Assembly: GCA_036338595.1 (NCBI GenBank)
Contig: JAYZBV010000077.1
Span: 11,319-75,318, forward strand
Source: Planctomycetota bacterium
GTDB lineage: Bacteria; Planctomycetota; UBA8108; UBA1146
Direction: 5' to 3'
Length of the DNA stretch: 64,000 nt
Under the pieces are notes generated by a model, which did no database searches, was not told where the DNA came from, and was given only the letters and a program-made list of their open reading frames with translations. Below are positions 9,530 through 19,531 of the stretch, in pieces. Within the stretch, counting starts at the first letter, position 1, and every line of letters starts with the position of its first letter. A program made the position numbers and the translations under genes.

Positions 9530-9883
9530 TCATCGAATGAAACGGATGGTCATCGGGTAATGCCAGACCTCGCCGTTGTTCGCCTTCAGCCCGCCGATGA
9601 TGGGGTATGCGATGTTCAGGATTCCGAGCACGATCAGACAGGGGATGCCGATGATCAAAAATACCAGGAATAAGCTGACGACCGTATAGATGAAACTCGA
9701 GATGATCCAGTTGGTGACGAGTTTGCCGTGAACATCGACTTCTGGCAGTTCGTCCTTCTTGACCTGCCAGATGATGATGGGAGCGATGAAACCAGCCAAC
9801 GGAATGGCAAATCCTGACAGCAGAGAAAGATGCAGGTACATCGACCACTCGCGGGTCGCCTTGTCCTCTTGTCGGTGTTCCAC
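9530..9883 (-). CDS. DUF4870-like small membrane protein
   Basis: WSMYLHLSLL...PIIIW.VKKD...VDVHGK...NWIIS...IIGGLKANNGEVWHYP pattern. Probable start is GTG 9883 with GAGGAG upstream. Confidence 0.8.
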   Translation of the reverse strand: MEHRQEDKATREWSMYLHLSLLSGFAIPLAGFIAPIIIWQVKKDELPEVDVHGKLVTNWIISSFIYTVVSLFLVFLIIGIPCLIVLGILNIAYPIIGGLKANNGEVWHYPMTIRFIR

Positions 9884-9991
9884 CGAGATGCCCTCCTCTG
9901 CGTTTGACGATGACTCTGATTCAGTTTGCAAATCTCCTCCAACTCCGCTCAGCCCGACAGTCAGTATACCGAGCCACCGTGGCAAGGCAAT

Positions 9992-12900
9992 TCAGGGGCA
10001 ACCGGGGGAAGGGTTGCTGCAATCGAGAGCATCCGCTGTCGGATCGACTCCGCAATCCGTTGGTCCCGGTGCTGCCGGTGGAGCATCGCCATTGAACAGG
10101 CTTCCCAGCATCGAGATGCCATCGGCAATGTTGAGATCGCCATCGTCGTTGGTGTCACAGGAGTCGTGGCAACCAGGCGCCTGGGCATTGGAGAAGAGGT
10201 ATCCGAGCAGGAAGATCACATCTCCGATGTCGAAACTGCCATCGAAATTACACAGTCCCCTGCGAAAAGTTGGCGCAGGTGGGGCAGTCGGAGGTGTCGC
10301 CACCTCGGCCTCGATGTAGGGGATGGCAGAAGGGGAATGAACTCCGAGAATTGCGATGCCGGTTTCCGGTGCCGCATCCGCATCGAAGCCAAAATTGTAG
10401 AGGAATCCCCATCGGATCGGATTCGCAGAGGCGCCGCTGGCATGGTCGGTGGTGGACCAGGTGATCCCATCTGCATCGCGAATTGCTGACCAACTGTCGT
10501 TGGAGAAGGAATAACTGTGAAGGGTCGGAGCGAAGAAATCGATGTTGCTGACCTCGACATCGGATGCCACCGGCACCATGAAGGAACCTGCATTGCGTCC
10601 CATGTCGTGGTTGTAAACCGAGTACTCGTAGTGCCAGGTGCCATCGCCGTTGTCGGTAACCTTGTGTGCCAGGTAGCAGCGGCCATCGATCTGCGGGAAC
10701 GGTTGCAGCGTCTCGATGGAGGCTCCGGGCCAGGCCGCCTGCACCGTTCCCAGCTGGCTCGGGGCGGACATGTTCATCGACCAGTTGCCGCCGGGAGATC
10801 CGGTGACACCGATCGGTTCCCAGGCATGGTTGGTGGTGTGGTCGATATCCCCCGGATGAACCACGCTCACCTCGGAGATCCAGGTCGATCCGGGGTGCAA
10901 GGCGGGATCGAGATCGTCATCCTCGACCGAGAGGCGTTCCTCGACCTGATCCCACGGCCCCGCATCGGACTGCAGGTAGGACCCCTCGTAGACGAAGCCG
11001 CCACTCCAGGGATCGATCTCACTGCGCGGCCCCATCGTGTTCTGGTTGGCATTGCCGCTGGCGCCGTAGGTGTCGGAGCAACCGACTCCGGTATAGGTAC
11101 TGGTGGGGCTGGGGTTGCAGCCGAATCCGCAGGCGTTGGCCTGGGCCGATGACCAGCCGTGCTTGATCCAGGAGCCACCGATCTGGATCAGCCGATCGGA
11201 ATCGAGGCGAAACATGTTGAAGGCCATCATCGGGTGTCGGGGATCGGGGTTGGCGAACCAGTCGAGCGGTTCGGTACCCCCGTTACACATCACCGACTCG
11301 GAACCAAAGCTGGCCTGCGAGCCTTCACGGCCGACCATCACCAGGTTGTTGGAATCTCCGATGATCAGATCCTGGCCCGAGTTGGGCATCGGTGCCGTGT
11401 CGTAGATGCGAAGACACCACTCCTCGAGCATCCCCGTTTCACCCGTCATCTCATCGGAGACGGTGAGGGTCCAGTTACCGATCGTGTTGGCACCCTTGAA
11501 GGAGGATAGACTTCCCAGCGGTTGCATCCAGCCACCGGAATCGTACGGAGGTTGGTTGGGAGATCCACTTTGCCACCAGGTCAGATCGATCCCTCCGGAA
11601 GCACCGGTAGGTTGATCATGAAGCGTCACCGTGATGCCATCGGGAGAAGTGAGTTCGACCACCAGTTGACTGGCATCGGGATGATTGATGTGAGCCTCGA
11701 CTTGAAGATCCCACAGAATGGTCGCGGGATCGCCACTGATGACGATGATGGATTCGATCGGCTCGCCGCCATCGGGAATATCGATGAGCGGTGCACTACA
11801 ATTTTCCAGAGTGACCGGCCCGGTGACAGCGACTTCGTCGCAGAACGATGTACCGGGAGCACTTCCGATGTGCGGCGTGGCGCAGACCTCGATCATCGTC
11901 TGGATCGACGACACCGGGAGTGTTGCAGTGATGACATCTCCAGCGACAAAGGGACCGTTCATGGTCACCTGGCTGCTGCCCAACAACCCTGCTTCGAACA
12001 GCACTGAATCACACGGTCCTGAGACCAGTGCCTCGCAATCGATCTCTGCACTGCCGGGCACCGAACTGAGGGCCAGGGATTCGATGAGCGCCTGGATAAA
12101 TTGAACATTGACGTTACCGGTACCGTTTTGACCATCTCCCCAGCCACCAATGCGGATTAAATACTCCTCGCCGGCGGAGACTTGCAGACCTTCGACGACG
12201 GATGCGTAGGAAGCGCCGTTACCCTGCATCTGGCATTCTGACTCGTCGCCACTACAGGCGACTTCGATCTTGGATGTGCAATCGCCGAGATAGATCACCA
12301 GGTCGGTATCGAAGTTGACGATGTCGCACATGCTGACAGTGAGAGAACCCTCACCCGGTGCGGTCCAGCGGTACCAGACATCCTGGTTCATCACTCCGAG
12401 AGCATTGCAATTGGTGCCGCTACTGTAGGGATCGATACTGTCGCTGGCTGAAGTGGTATCGATGGGGTTGTCGCCGAGTACCGCTTCGATGGCACCGCTG
12501 CACTCGTCATTAACAGGGGCTCCGGGTGGTGGCGGTGGAGAACTGGTCATCGAGATGTCGAATGTACCTCCTCCGATGTCGGAATCGCCCCAGCCACCGA
12601 TGCGAATCCGAACGGTCTCGCCGGCATTCAGCGGCACGTTCTCGATGAGGCTGGCATAGTTGAGGGTGGTTCCCTGGACCAGGCAAGTGTCCCCGTTGCA
12701 GGCGATGGGGATCAGTGATCCGCAATCACCGCTATAGACGATGACGTCGGTATCAAAATCGACGGTGTCACAGGTGGTGATGGTCATCAGACCATCTTCT
12801 GCAGGAGTGAACTGGAACCAGACATCCGAATGGACACCGCCGAGTGCGGTTCCAGGACAGGTATCCACCGGGATCGGCTCGACGCTGGTGGTCGCATCTC

Positions 12901-13024
12901 TGGTGTCGAGGGCGTTGGATCCGAGCACCGCGATGGTTGCTGTATCGCATTCATCATTTGGCGCCTGGGCACACAAGACTGCAGGCAACAACAACATGGC
13001 TGCCAGTAGAATGATTTTCCTCAT
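9992..13024 (-). CDS. Large secreted multidomain protein: two Cys-containing NDEC repeats, a proprotein-convertase P-like domain, an uncharacterised domain and a C-terminal dockerin-like module
   Basis: Signal peptide MRKIILLAAMLLLPAVLCA from ATG 13024. Two repeats NDEC..A....G.N..DT...DVW(F/Y)...C...FDTD..IY.GDC. P-domain pattern IPDG...I.H....L...L.SPDG...GNWTLTVSD...G.L.EWCL. C-terminus FRRGLCNFDG...DTNDDGDLNIAD. Confidence 0.75.
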   Translation of the reverse strand: MRKIILLAAMLLLPAVLCAQAPNDECDTATIAVLGSNALDTRDATTSVEPIPVDTCPGTALGGVHSDVWFQFTPAEDGLMTITTCDTVDFDTDVIVYSGDCGSLIPIACNGDTCLVQGTTLNYASLIENVPLNAGETVRIRIGGWGDSDIGGGTFDISMTSSPPPPPGAPVNDECSGAIEAVLGDNPIDTTSASDSIDPYSSGTNCNALGVMNQDVWYRWTAPGEGSLTVSMCDIVNFDTDLVIYLGDCTSKIEVACSGDESECQMQGNGASYASVVEGLQVSAGEEYLIRIGGWGDGQNGTGNVNVQFIQALIESLALSSVPGSAEIDCEALVSGPCDSVLFEAGLLGSSQVTMNGPFVAGDVITATLPVSSIQTMIEVCATPHIGSAPGTSFCDEVAVTGPVTLENCSAPLIDIPDGGEPIESIIVISGDPATILWDLQVEAHINHPDASQLVVELTSPDGITVTLHDQPTGASGGIDLTWWQSGSPNQPPYDSGGWMQPLGSLSSFKGANTIGNWTLTVSDEMTGETGMLEEWCLRIYDTAPMPNSGQDLIIGDSNNLVMVGREGSQASFGSESVMCNGGTEPLDWFANPDPRHPMMAFNMFRLDSDRLIQIGGSWIKHGWSSAQANACGFGCNPSPTSTYTGVGCSDTYGASGNANQNTMGPRSEIDPWSGGFVYEGSYLQSDAGPWDQVEERLSVEDDDLDPALHPGSTWISEVSVVHPGDIDHTTNHAWEPIGVTGSPGGNWSMNMSAPSQLGTVQAAWPGASIETLQPFPQIDGRCYLAHKVTDNGDGTWHYEYSVYNHDMGRNAGSFMVPVASDVEVSNIDFFAPTLHSYSFSNDSWSAIRDADGITWSTTDHASGASANPIRWGFLYNFGFDADAAPETGIAILGVHSPSAIPYIEAEVATPPTAPPAPTFRRGLCNFDGSFDIGDVIFLLGYLFSNAQAPGCHDSCDTNDDGDLNIADGISMLGSLFNGDAPPAAPGPTDCGVDPTADALDCSNPSPGCP

Positions 13025-13115
13025 GGTGGACCGCCTCCCTGTTATCGTCGATTGTACATCGCTGCGGCAGGGGTGACAGTTGCAGATTTTGCACCAGAAA
13101 TGGCGGGAGAGATCG

Positions 13116-14282
13116 ATGAGGTCGGTGGTCGTGCTCGGGGCAGGGATCGTGGGACTTGCGCTGGCGAGGGAACTGAGTGGTCGTGGGATCGCTGTAGATC
13201 TGCTGGACTCCAGACGCATAGGCACTGGAGCGACCGCTGCATCGACTGGAATCCTGACCCCCCCGCAACACACCCGCACGCCCTTCTATCAGCTGCGTAC
13301 CCTGGCCTGGCAAAGGTGGCCACGCTTCGCCGATGACCTGGCCAACGAGACAGGGATCGATGTGGGGTACCGTCGCTGCGGAGGCATCGATATTCGCGAG
13401 CGGACGATGCGGAATCCGCAGCGTGAAGTGAAGAAGCTTCGTGACTCTGGTGGCAAGGTCGAGATTCTCCCTGGTGCCAGGATCAGCCAGCTCTTGCCCG
13501 AGATGGTCCGCACACCCGAGGCAGGACTGCTCGTCGAGATGGAAGCGAGGATCGATCCACGCGCCACCATCGAGGCATTGCGCCAGTCGTGTCTGGCATC
13601 TGGGGTGCGGATTCGCGAGGATCTCGGTCCAATTCGCATCGAACCGCAGGGGGATGCAGGGATCCATCTCACTGGCCCACAGGCACTGGAACTGGAACAG
13701 CCATCGGAGCACCGGATGGTGGTTCTCGCAGCGGGCTGGGAGAGCGCCACCGCAGCACTTGCGGTACCGCCATCGCCACTACCAGTGGAGCCGGTGCCCG
13801 GCGAGGCGATCGCTCTCGACATCGAGGCACCTCCACACCTGGTGCATTTCAATGTCGCTCTTTCGGGCTTCAGAGATGCGGCAGGTAATCGTTCGATCTA
13901 CTCGTGGATCCCTGCACCGGATGGCAGTTCCTGGCTTGGCAACAGCGTCGCCGGTGGACATCGAAACGGTGCCGATGACGTGCCGCCGCAGGAAGCCGTC
14001 GAGCCGACGCTCGAGGGGCGCGCGGAACTGGTCGAGGTGGCGATATCGATGTTCGGTCCCGGTGTCGAAAACAGGATCTCCGATCATCGGGCAGGGATCC
14101 GACCGAAGGCGACACGCCATGGCGGCCCGTTGCTGGGAATGTGGCCCGGGCGGCCACAACTGTGGGTGGCGACCGGCCACTATCGAGCCGGCTTGCTCAT
14201 CGGACCCGCCACCGCAACGATGATGGCGGATGCGATGCTGGATGGCGCCGTGATCCCCGAGGAGTTCTGTTTGCCCGGCTAG
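13116..14282 (+). CDS. FAD-dependent oxidoreductase, glycine oxidase/D-amino-acid oxidase (ThiO/DadA) family
   Basis: VVVLGAGIVG dinucleotide-binding motif, GATAASTG, AGIRP and ATGHYRAGLLIGP. Confidence 0.8.
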   Translation: MRSVVVLGAGIVGLALARELSGRGIAVDLLDSRRIGTGATAASTGILTPPQHTRTPFYQLRTLAWQRWPRFADDLANETGIDVGYRRCGGIDIRERTMRNPQREVKKLRDSGGKVEILPGARISQLLPEMVRTPEAGLLVEMEARIDPRATIEALRQSCLASGVRIREDLGPIRIEPQGDAGIHLTGPQALELEQPSEHRMVVLAAGWESATAALAVPPSPLPVEPVPGEAIALDIEAPPHLVHFNVALSGFRDAAGNRSIYSWIPAPDGSSWLGNSVAGGHRNGADDVPPQEAVEPTLEGRAELVEVAISMFGPGVENRISDHRAGIRPKATRHGGPLLGMWPGRPQLWVATGHYRAGLLIGPATATMMADAMLDGAVIPEEFCLPG

Positions 14283-15445
14283 ATTCCACCGGAGCCAGGA
14301 CCGGAGCGAAGGATCCATGCGACCTGTTTCTTGCCGTGTCTCAGCAGTGCCAGGATCAAATCACCCCCCGATCCGCGCAGTCTCCTGCGCAATCTTGCAG
14401 GATCCTCCGAGACGCCACGGGTCTTGACGATCGCGATACCCTCACCGTGGGATCGCAGCCAACGCCGGACCTTTTCCTCCCGCCAGGGCATCCGCTCCAC
14501 CACTTCAAAACTGTGCAACCACGGCGACTCGATCGGATCATCACCGGCCAGCCAGCCCAGTCCCGGATGCAACTCTCCCAGTGTGTGGCGAGACAGCAGT
14601 TGCGCGACCAATCCAGATCTCTCGAGTACAGCCACCGGCTCGTGAAGCCATCTCGGTTCGGTTCCGGAATAGGATACGAGTAGGGAAGAATCACCACTGA
14701 TGGTTTCCTCTTCAGGAAGCAATGTCGCACGGCGTCGCTGGCCGCCGTCAAATGCACCTCGCCACAGAGTCGCCTCGACCAGGTCCCCCCGATCCTGGAT
14801 GAACTCGACCTCACCCGCAGGCAGATCATCGATGTCGACACCGGGACCGCACTTCAGTGCAAGATCTGGAACTCGCTCCATCAGTGGTTCCAGCACATCG
14901 GGACCGGGCAACATCTGTGGGTATGAATGTCGGCGACGCCCGTCGAGGCGACGATCGGGGTCGATGTGGGTCGGTAAGGGGGAGAGTGGCAGCGAACGGA
15001 CATCCGCTTCCACTGCCCATCCCCGTCCACCACTGGCGGTGACATTGGCCTGCGCCAGAGCCAGCCGCAGTGGGTCTCGATCGACCATCACCACGGGGCC
15101 GCCCCGAGACAGAGCCGTCGCATCGCTGCCGATGCCGCAGCAGAGGTCGATCACTGGCGATTCGCCACAGGCGCGCCGGATCCGGTCAGCCTTGTGTCGA
15201 GCGACACTCGAGCGAGTCGCTTGCTGGAGTGCCTCGGCGGTGAGCCACCATCGATGCGCATCTTCGAGGCGACCCTCGGCGCGGCGGCGCGCATCCCAGA
15301 TGGAGAGGACAGCCGATACCTCTTCACGGCTGCCGTGTTCGCGTAGTTTTTCCAGCGAACCGAGATCGCCCGGCTTCACCGTGCGTGCGGCTTCCAGCAG
15401 GGGTGCCAGTTCACCCGCCAGTATTCGTGTCCAGATCGGTTCCAT
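14279..15445 (-). CDS. Class I SAM-dependent methyltransferase with a THUMP-like C-terminus
   Basis: EALQQAT, IDLCCGIGSD SAM-binding motif, DPDRR and LKCGPG. Confidence 0.75.
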   Translation of the reverse strand: MEPIWTRILAGELAPLLEAARTVKPGDLGSLEKLREHGSREEVSAVLSIWDARRRAEGRLEDAHRWWLTAEALQQATRSSVARHKADRIRRACGESPVIDLCCGIGSDATALSRGGPVVMVDRDPLRLALAQANVTASGGRGWAVEADVRSLPLSPLPTHIDPDRRLDGRRRHSYPQMLPGPDVLEPLMERVPDLALKCGPGVDIDDLPAGEVEFIQDRGDLVEATLWRGAFDGGQRRRATLLPEEETISGDSSLLVSYSGTEPRWLHEPVAVLERSGLVAQLLSRHTLGELHPGLGWLAGDDPIESPWLHSFEVVERMPWREEKVRRWLRSHGEGIAIVKTRGVSEDPARLRRRLRGSGGDLILALLRHGKKQVAWILRSGPGSGGI

Positions 15446-15498
15446 GGCCAGATCGTATGGATTTCAGCCATCAGGTGGTGGAATTGGCGGACTATTTT

Positions 15499-15520
15499 TT
15501 TGTTTGGGTTGCCAAACAAA
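15499..15520. promoter_or_regulatory. Palindromic operator, candidate DtxR/MntR-family binding site upstream of feoB
   Basis: TTTGTTTGG-GTTG-CCAAACAAA inverted repeat; the core TGTTTGGGTTGCCAAAC recurs identically at 19532-19548. Confidence 0.65.
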
Positions 15521-15672
15521 CTTCCTCGTGGTCCCTTGCCCGCCCCGAATGAGATCGAGTCCTGGGGCCGGATGAGTTCGATTCAGTGGGCTGCAGAGCC
15601 CGGAGATGAGGGCAGGGTGAAGTGCCAGGCAGCGACTCGATCGGAGTGGATGAATGGCGGCGAGGCCCCCTG

Positions 15673-17616
15673 ATGGTGGAAGACTCCACGGCTACCACGC
15701 TTCATGTGACGCTGGCAGGCAATCCGAATGTCGGCAAGAGCACCCTTTTCAATTCGATGGTGAGTGGAAACTCCCGGGTCTCGAATCATCCCGGGATCAC
15801 CGCTGAGTCGGTCGCTGGATTCCGCGAAAGGGACAAGGACCGGCTGCTCATCACCGATCTGCCCGGAACCTACAGCCTGCACCTCGACCTCCCGGAGGCA
15901 AAACTATGCCGTCGGCATCTGGAACAGGATGCAGAACTGGCCGTGTTGATCATCGTCATCGACGCCATGGGACTCCGACGCAATTTTCAGTTGTTCTCTG
16001 AATTGACGCAACTCAGGATCCCGATGGCTGCGGTGGTGACCAAATCTCGCGAGGCCGAGTTACGCGGATATCAGATCGATCTGCAGTTGCTCGAAGATCA
16101 GCTGGGGATTCCCGTGATCGGCGCAGCTGAGAGATCTGATGTCAGGTCACTGGATATCGATGAGCTGATCGATGCCGCACGCATCCCAGCGCAGATTCCC
16201 GCACAGGGACGGACGATCGAGCAGTGGGGAACAGACCTGCTGGCGAAGGTGAGCAAACCTGTCCATCCGGAGCAGGCCAGGAGAAGGCGGTTGCGAGACG
16301 ATCGGCTCGATCGTCTGCTGATTCATCCGATTGTTGGTCTGGCCTTGTTCCTGGTCGCGATGACGCTTCTGTTCGGTTCGGTGTTCTGGATTGCCCAGTA
16401 CCCGATGGAATGGATCGATGCGCTGTTCGGAAAATTGGGGGCGTGGATCTCGTCACGGATGGACGATGGAGCACTCAGAGGCTTGCTGGTCGATGGGGTC
16501 ATCGGAGGTGTCTCCGGGACCCTGGTGTTCCTGCCGCAGATCGTGACCTTGTTCTTCCTCGTCTCGTTACTGGAGGAAACCGGGTACATGGCGCGTGCCG
16601 CATTCGTTGCGGACCGCTGGCTAAGGCCCTTCGGGTTACCCGGGCAGGCGTTCGTGCCACTGCTCTCGAGCCATGCCTGTGCGATTCCAGGGATTCTCTG
16701 TAGCCGCCTGATCCCCGACCGAAGGGATCGGCTCGCCACCATTCTGGTGGCACCCTTTCTCTCCTGCTCTGCCAGACTGCCGGTGTACATCCTGATGGTC
16801 GGTATCTTGTTCCCGGATCGCCCCCTCGCTGCGGCAGCTGCCTTCATCGGCTGTTACTTGCTCGGTGCTGTGGCGGCGGTGGGAACTGCCGGGTTGGTGA
16901 GAAGGACGCTGTTGCCAGGTCGAAGTCTTCCGATGGTGCTGGAACTGCCGCCATACCGTGTCCCTTCAGTGATGGAAGCACTGCGCGTCGCACTCGATCG
17001 AGGCATGTCGTTCCTGACCAACGCCGGGACCGTGATCCTGCTGATCTGTATCGCCCTGTGGTGGTTGAGCAACTACCCGGGTATTCCCGCAGGAGCGGAG
17101 GTCACCGCACTCCGCGAATCTGCGGCCGAGCAATCCGATCCGATCGAATCCAACTCGCTGCTGGAGAGAGCCCAATCGTTGCAACTGCGGGAGTCTGCGC
17201 AGGCATCCTACGCCGGGAGATTGGGTCGCTGGGTCGAGCCTGCGTTGGCCCCGGTCGGAGCGGATTGGCAACTCTCGGTTGCCATACTGGCCAGTTTTGC
17301 GGCCAGGGAGGTGTTCGTCTCCTCGCTCAATGTGATGGTGGGTGTTGGGCAAGATTCGGAGGCTCCCACCTCGCTCGCAAGGATCCGTGGCTCGAAGCGA
17401 GATGACGGCTCTCCTCTGCTGCCACCCGCATCCGCAGCCGGGTTGCTGGTCTTCTATGTACTGGCGATGCAGTGCTTGCCTACTCTTGCTGTCACCCGCA
17501 AGGAAACTGGCGGCCTTCGATGGGCGCTGCTGCAGTTGACCTGGATGACAGCTGTGGCCTGGACCCTGGGCGCCGCAACTCGCTCGGTGATGCTGGCGAT
17601 GGGCTTTTCAGGATGA
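15673..17616 (+). CDS. feoB: Ferrous iron transporter B
   Basis: GTPase motifs GNPNVGKS, NHPGIT and DLPGTYSL; membrane domain with LEETGYMARAAF, PFLSCSARLP, ELPPYR, FAAREV and QCLPTLA. Confidence 0.95.
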   Translation: MVEDSTATTLHVTLAGNPNVGKSTLFNSMVSGNSRVSNHPGITAESVAGFRERDKDRLLITDLPGTYSLHLDLPEAKLCRRHLEQDAELAVLIIVIDAMGLRRNFQLFSELTQLRIPMAAVVTKSREAELRGYQIDLQLLEDQLGIPVIGAAERSDVRSLDIDELIDAARIPAQIPAQGRTIEQWGTDLLAKVSKPVHPEQARRRRLRDDRLDRLLIHPIVGLALFLVAMTLLFGSVFWIAQYPMEWIDALFGKLGAWISSRMDDGALRGLLVDGVIGGVSGTLVFLPQIVTLFFLVSLLEETGYMARAAFVADRWLRPFGLPGQAFVPLLSSHACAIPGILCSRLIPDRRDRLATILVAPFLSCSARLPVYILMVGILFPDRPLAAAAAFIGCYLLGAVAAVGTAGLVRRTLLPGRSLPMVLELPPYRVPSVMEALRVALDRGMSFLTNAGTVILLICIALWWLSNYPGIPAGAEVTALRESAAEQSDPIESNSLLERAQSLQLRESAQASYAGRLGRWVEPALAPVGADWQLSVAILASFAAREVFVSSLNVMVGVGQDSEAPTSLARIRGSKRDDGSPLLPPASAAGLLVFYVLAMQCLPTLAVTRKETGGLRWALLQLTWMTAVAWTLGAATRSVMLAMGFSG

Positions 17617-17756
17617 GCGATTTCCCGATCGAGGATCCCCAGTTCTGGATCGTATCTGTGCTGGCGATCGGTGCCGTTATTCTGCTCCTGTGGTCGAGAA
17701 ATAGCCGCAAGAAGCGTGATCAGGGTGGTCCCTGCGGGGGTTGCAAGCCCGAGTGA
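17613..17756 (+). CDS. FeoB-associated small Cys-containing membrane protein (47 aa)
   Basis: ATGA overlap with the feoB stop; one TM helix followed by RKKRDQGGPCGGCKPE. Confidence 0.75.
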   Translation: MSDFPIEDPQFWIVSVLAIGAVILLLWSRNSRKKRDQGGPCGGCKPE

Positions 17757-17875
17757 TTTCAGCGGTTGTCTGCTGGTATTCCTGGATCTCGGATGATCTG
17801 ATGATCCTCAAGCCTCGGGCCGGATGCGCCCGGGTTCAATATCGCGCTTCTGAAACAGCAAAGGAGATCAGAAGG

Positions 17876-19030
17876 ATGCCCATTTCATGGATCTTGACCC
17901 TGTCCGTCACCTTGTCGTTGACAGCACCCCTTCCTCCGTCCTTGCATGCGATCGGTGCAGACGATACTCCTCGGGGTGAAGTGACCGAGGCACAGCAGAC
18001 TGCTGCATCCGCTGCGCTGACAGAACTGCAGGCGCGAATCAATGCGGCGTGGGAAGAATACATGCTTCCTTTTCGGGAAGCCAAGACGGACGAAGAGCGA
18101 GACGCGATCCAGCTCGATCCAAAGAAGAGCCCCACGGTGGTCTTCTTGCCAGAGATGCTGGAATTCACCAGAACTCATGCGGGTACCGATGCGTGTCTCG
18201 AGGCACTTCAAGAAGTGATGATGATGGCGTCCAGGGATGAAGAGAGCGGCTGGGTTCTCGAAAAGGTGGTCGATACGGTTCTGGTCGATTACATCGAAGC
18301 TGAGGGCGTCAAGGATCTGGTTCGCTTTGCCCACTACCAGCCGCCGTCAGCTGCCAATCTGAGGCTCCTGCGGGCGGTGGCCGATCGCTCCCCCCATCGC
18401 GAAGCGAGAGCTTCTGCCTTCTACGCTCTGTCGAAGATCCTGGCAGTCGAGAAGGGGACCAGAGCAGAGTCGAGGATACTCCTGGGCCGGCTGCTCAAGG
18501 AATATGCAGATGTGACCTTCGTCCGTCAGACCACTTACGGCGACCTGGTGAAGGGAGACATCTTCGAACTGGAGCATCTCCAGATCGGTCATGTAGCTCC
18601 CGAGATCATCGGCAAGGAGATCGACGGAAATCTGATGCAACTCTCTGCATTCAGGGGAAAGGTGGTGCTGCTCGATTTCTGGGGTGACTGGTGAGGGCCC
18701 TGTCGGGCGATGTACCCACACGAGCGGTCGCTCGTGGAGAAGCACCCTGCAGATCAGTTTGCCATCGTCGGAGTCAACTCGGAGAGTTCCGTCGAGGCCG
18801 CACGAGATGCAGTGAAGAAGAACAATCTGACCTGGAAGAACTTCTACGATGGTGGAACCAGCGGCGCCATCTCGACACGATGGAATGTCAGCGGCTGGCC
18901 CACCACATACGTGATCGATTCCTCTGGAGTCATCCGATACAAAGATGTTCGTGGTGATGATCTTGACGAAGCGATCGAGGCTTTACTGGCCGAGATGAAT
19001 GCTCGCAAAGATGAAGAGGGAACTCGCTAG
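17876..19030 (+). CDS. Secreted TlpA-like thiol-disulfide oxidoreductase, selenoprotein (WUGPC motif, Sec at TGA 18692-18694), 384 aa
   Basis: ORFs 17741-18694 and 18710-19030 are in frame and read APEIIGKEIDGNLMQLSAFRGKVVLLDFWGDW-U-GPCRAMYPHERSLV...IVGVNS...WNVSGWPTTYVID. Signal peptide begins at ATG 17876. Confidence 0.93.
18719..18736 (+). promoter_or_regulatory. Putative bacterial SECIS hairpin
   Basis: CACGAGC-GGTC-GCTCGTG forms a perfect 7-bp stem with a GGUC loop, separated from the UGA by 31 nt. Confidence 0.7.
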
Positions 19031-19365
19031 GGACCGACCGGGATGGCCATGATCGACCGGGCCACCTGTCTGCTGATTCCGAGACGGCTGCCATCGATTT
19101 CGATGATGCAGGTACCGCTCGCCTGGCAGATGTGGAGATCGCAGTCGTTGCAGAGTCCCATCGCCTCGAGCAGAGGGCGGTGAGTCGAAGGCAGTGAATC
19201 GGTGACCAGTCGGACGCGCTGGCCACGCTCCATCGACATCAAGCACCGCACTTCGGCGCCGGCTTCGGAGCCACGGGGGGACATGTCGGGGGACTTGTCC
19301 GAGTCGGATGGACCGGAATCGAGCGGCGATATCGGGCTCGTCTCTGCCAGGACACCTCGAAACAT
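19027..19365 (-). CDS. feoA: FeoA-domain protein
   Basis: L..MERGQRVRL...RPLLEAMGL...IIEIDGSRLGISRQVARSI matches the FeoA SH3-like pattern; AGGGAG RBS upstream; iron-uptake gene context. Confidence 0.75.
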   Translation of the reverse strand: MFRGVLAETSPISPLDSGPSDSDKSPDMSPRGSEAGAEVRCLMSMERGQRVRLVTDSLPSTHRPLLEAMGLCNDCDLHICQASGTCIIEIDGSRLGISRQVARSIMAIPVGP

Positions 19366-19531
19366 CAGTTTCTCCCTGTGAGGGGCTCGTCAGCGATAAA
19401 TCGCCACCGGACACCTGTAGCATGTTGATTGTCTTGCAGCGCTGGTGCCGCTACCCTGCTCCGATACCGGACCGGAACCGATGTGGCGACCTCGGCGGCA
19501 GTGTAGCGATCTGTTTGCACCCCCGTCAACA

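Noticed and set aside
3785..18694. Genome-wide reassignment of TGA (Trp/Gly) as the explanation for the in-frame stops
   Set aside because: TGA ends many genes here at expected C-termini (mraY, feoB, most amidohydrolase genes), TGG is used for Trp, and the read-through sites are confined to UxxC positions.
18691..18957. 88-aa ORF or frameshift model joining 17741-18694 to downstream sequence
   Set aside because: In-frame read-through of the TGA already yields the canonical Trx motif, so no frameshift is needed.
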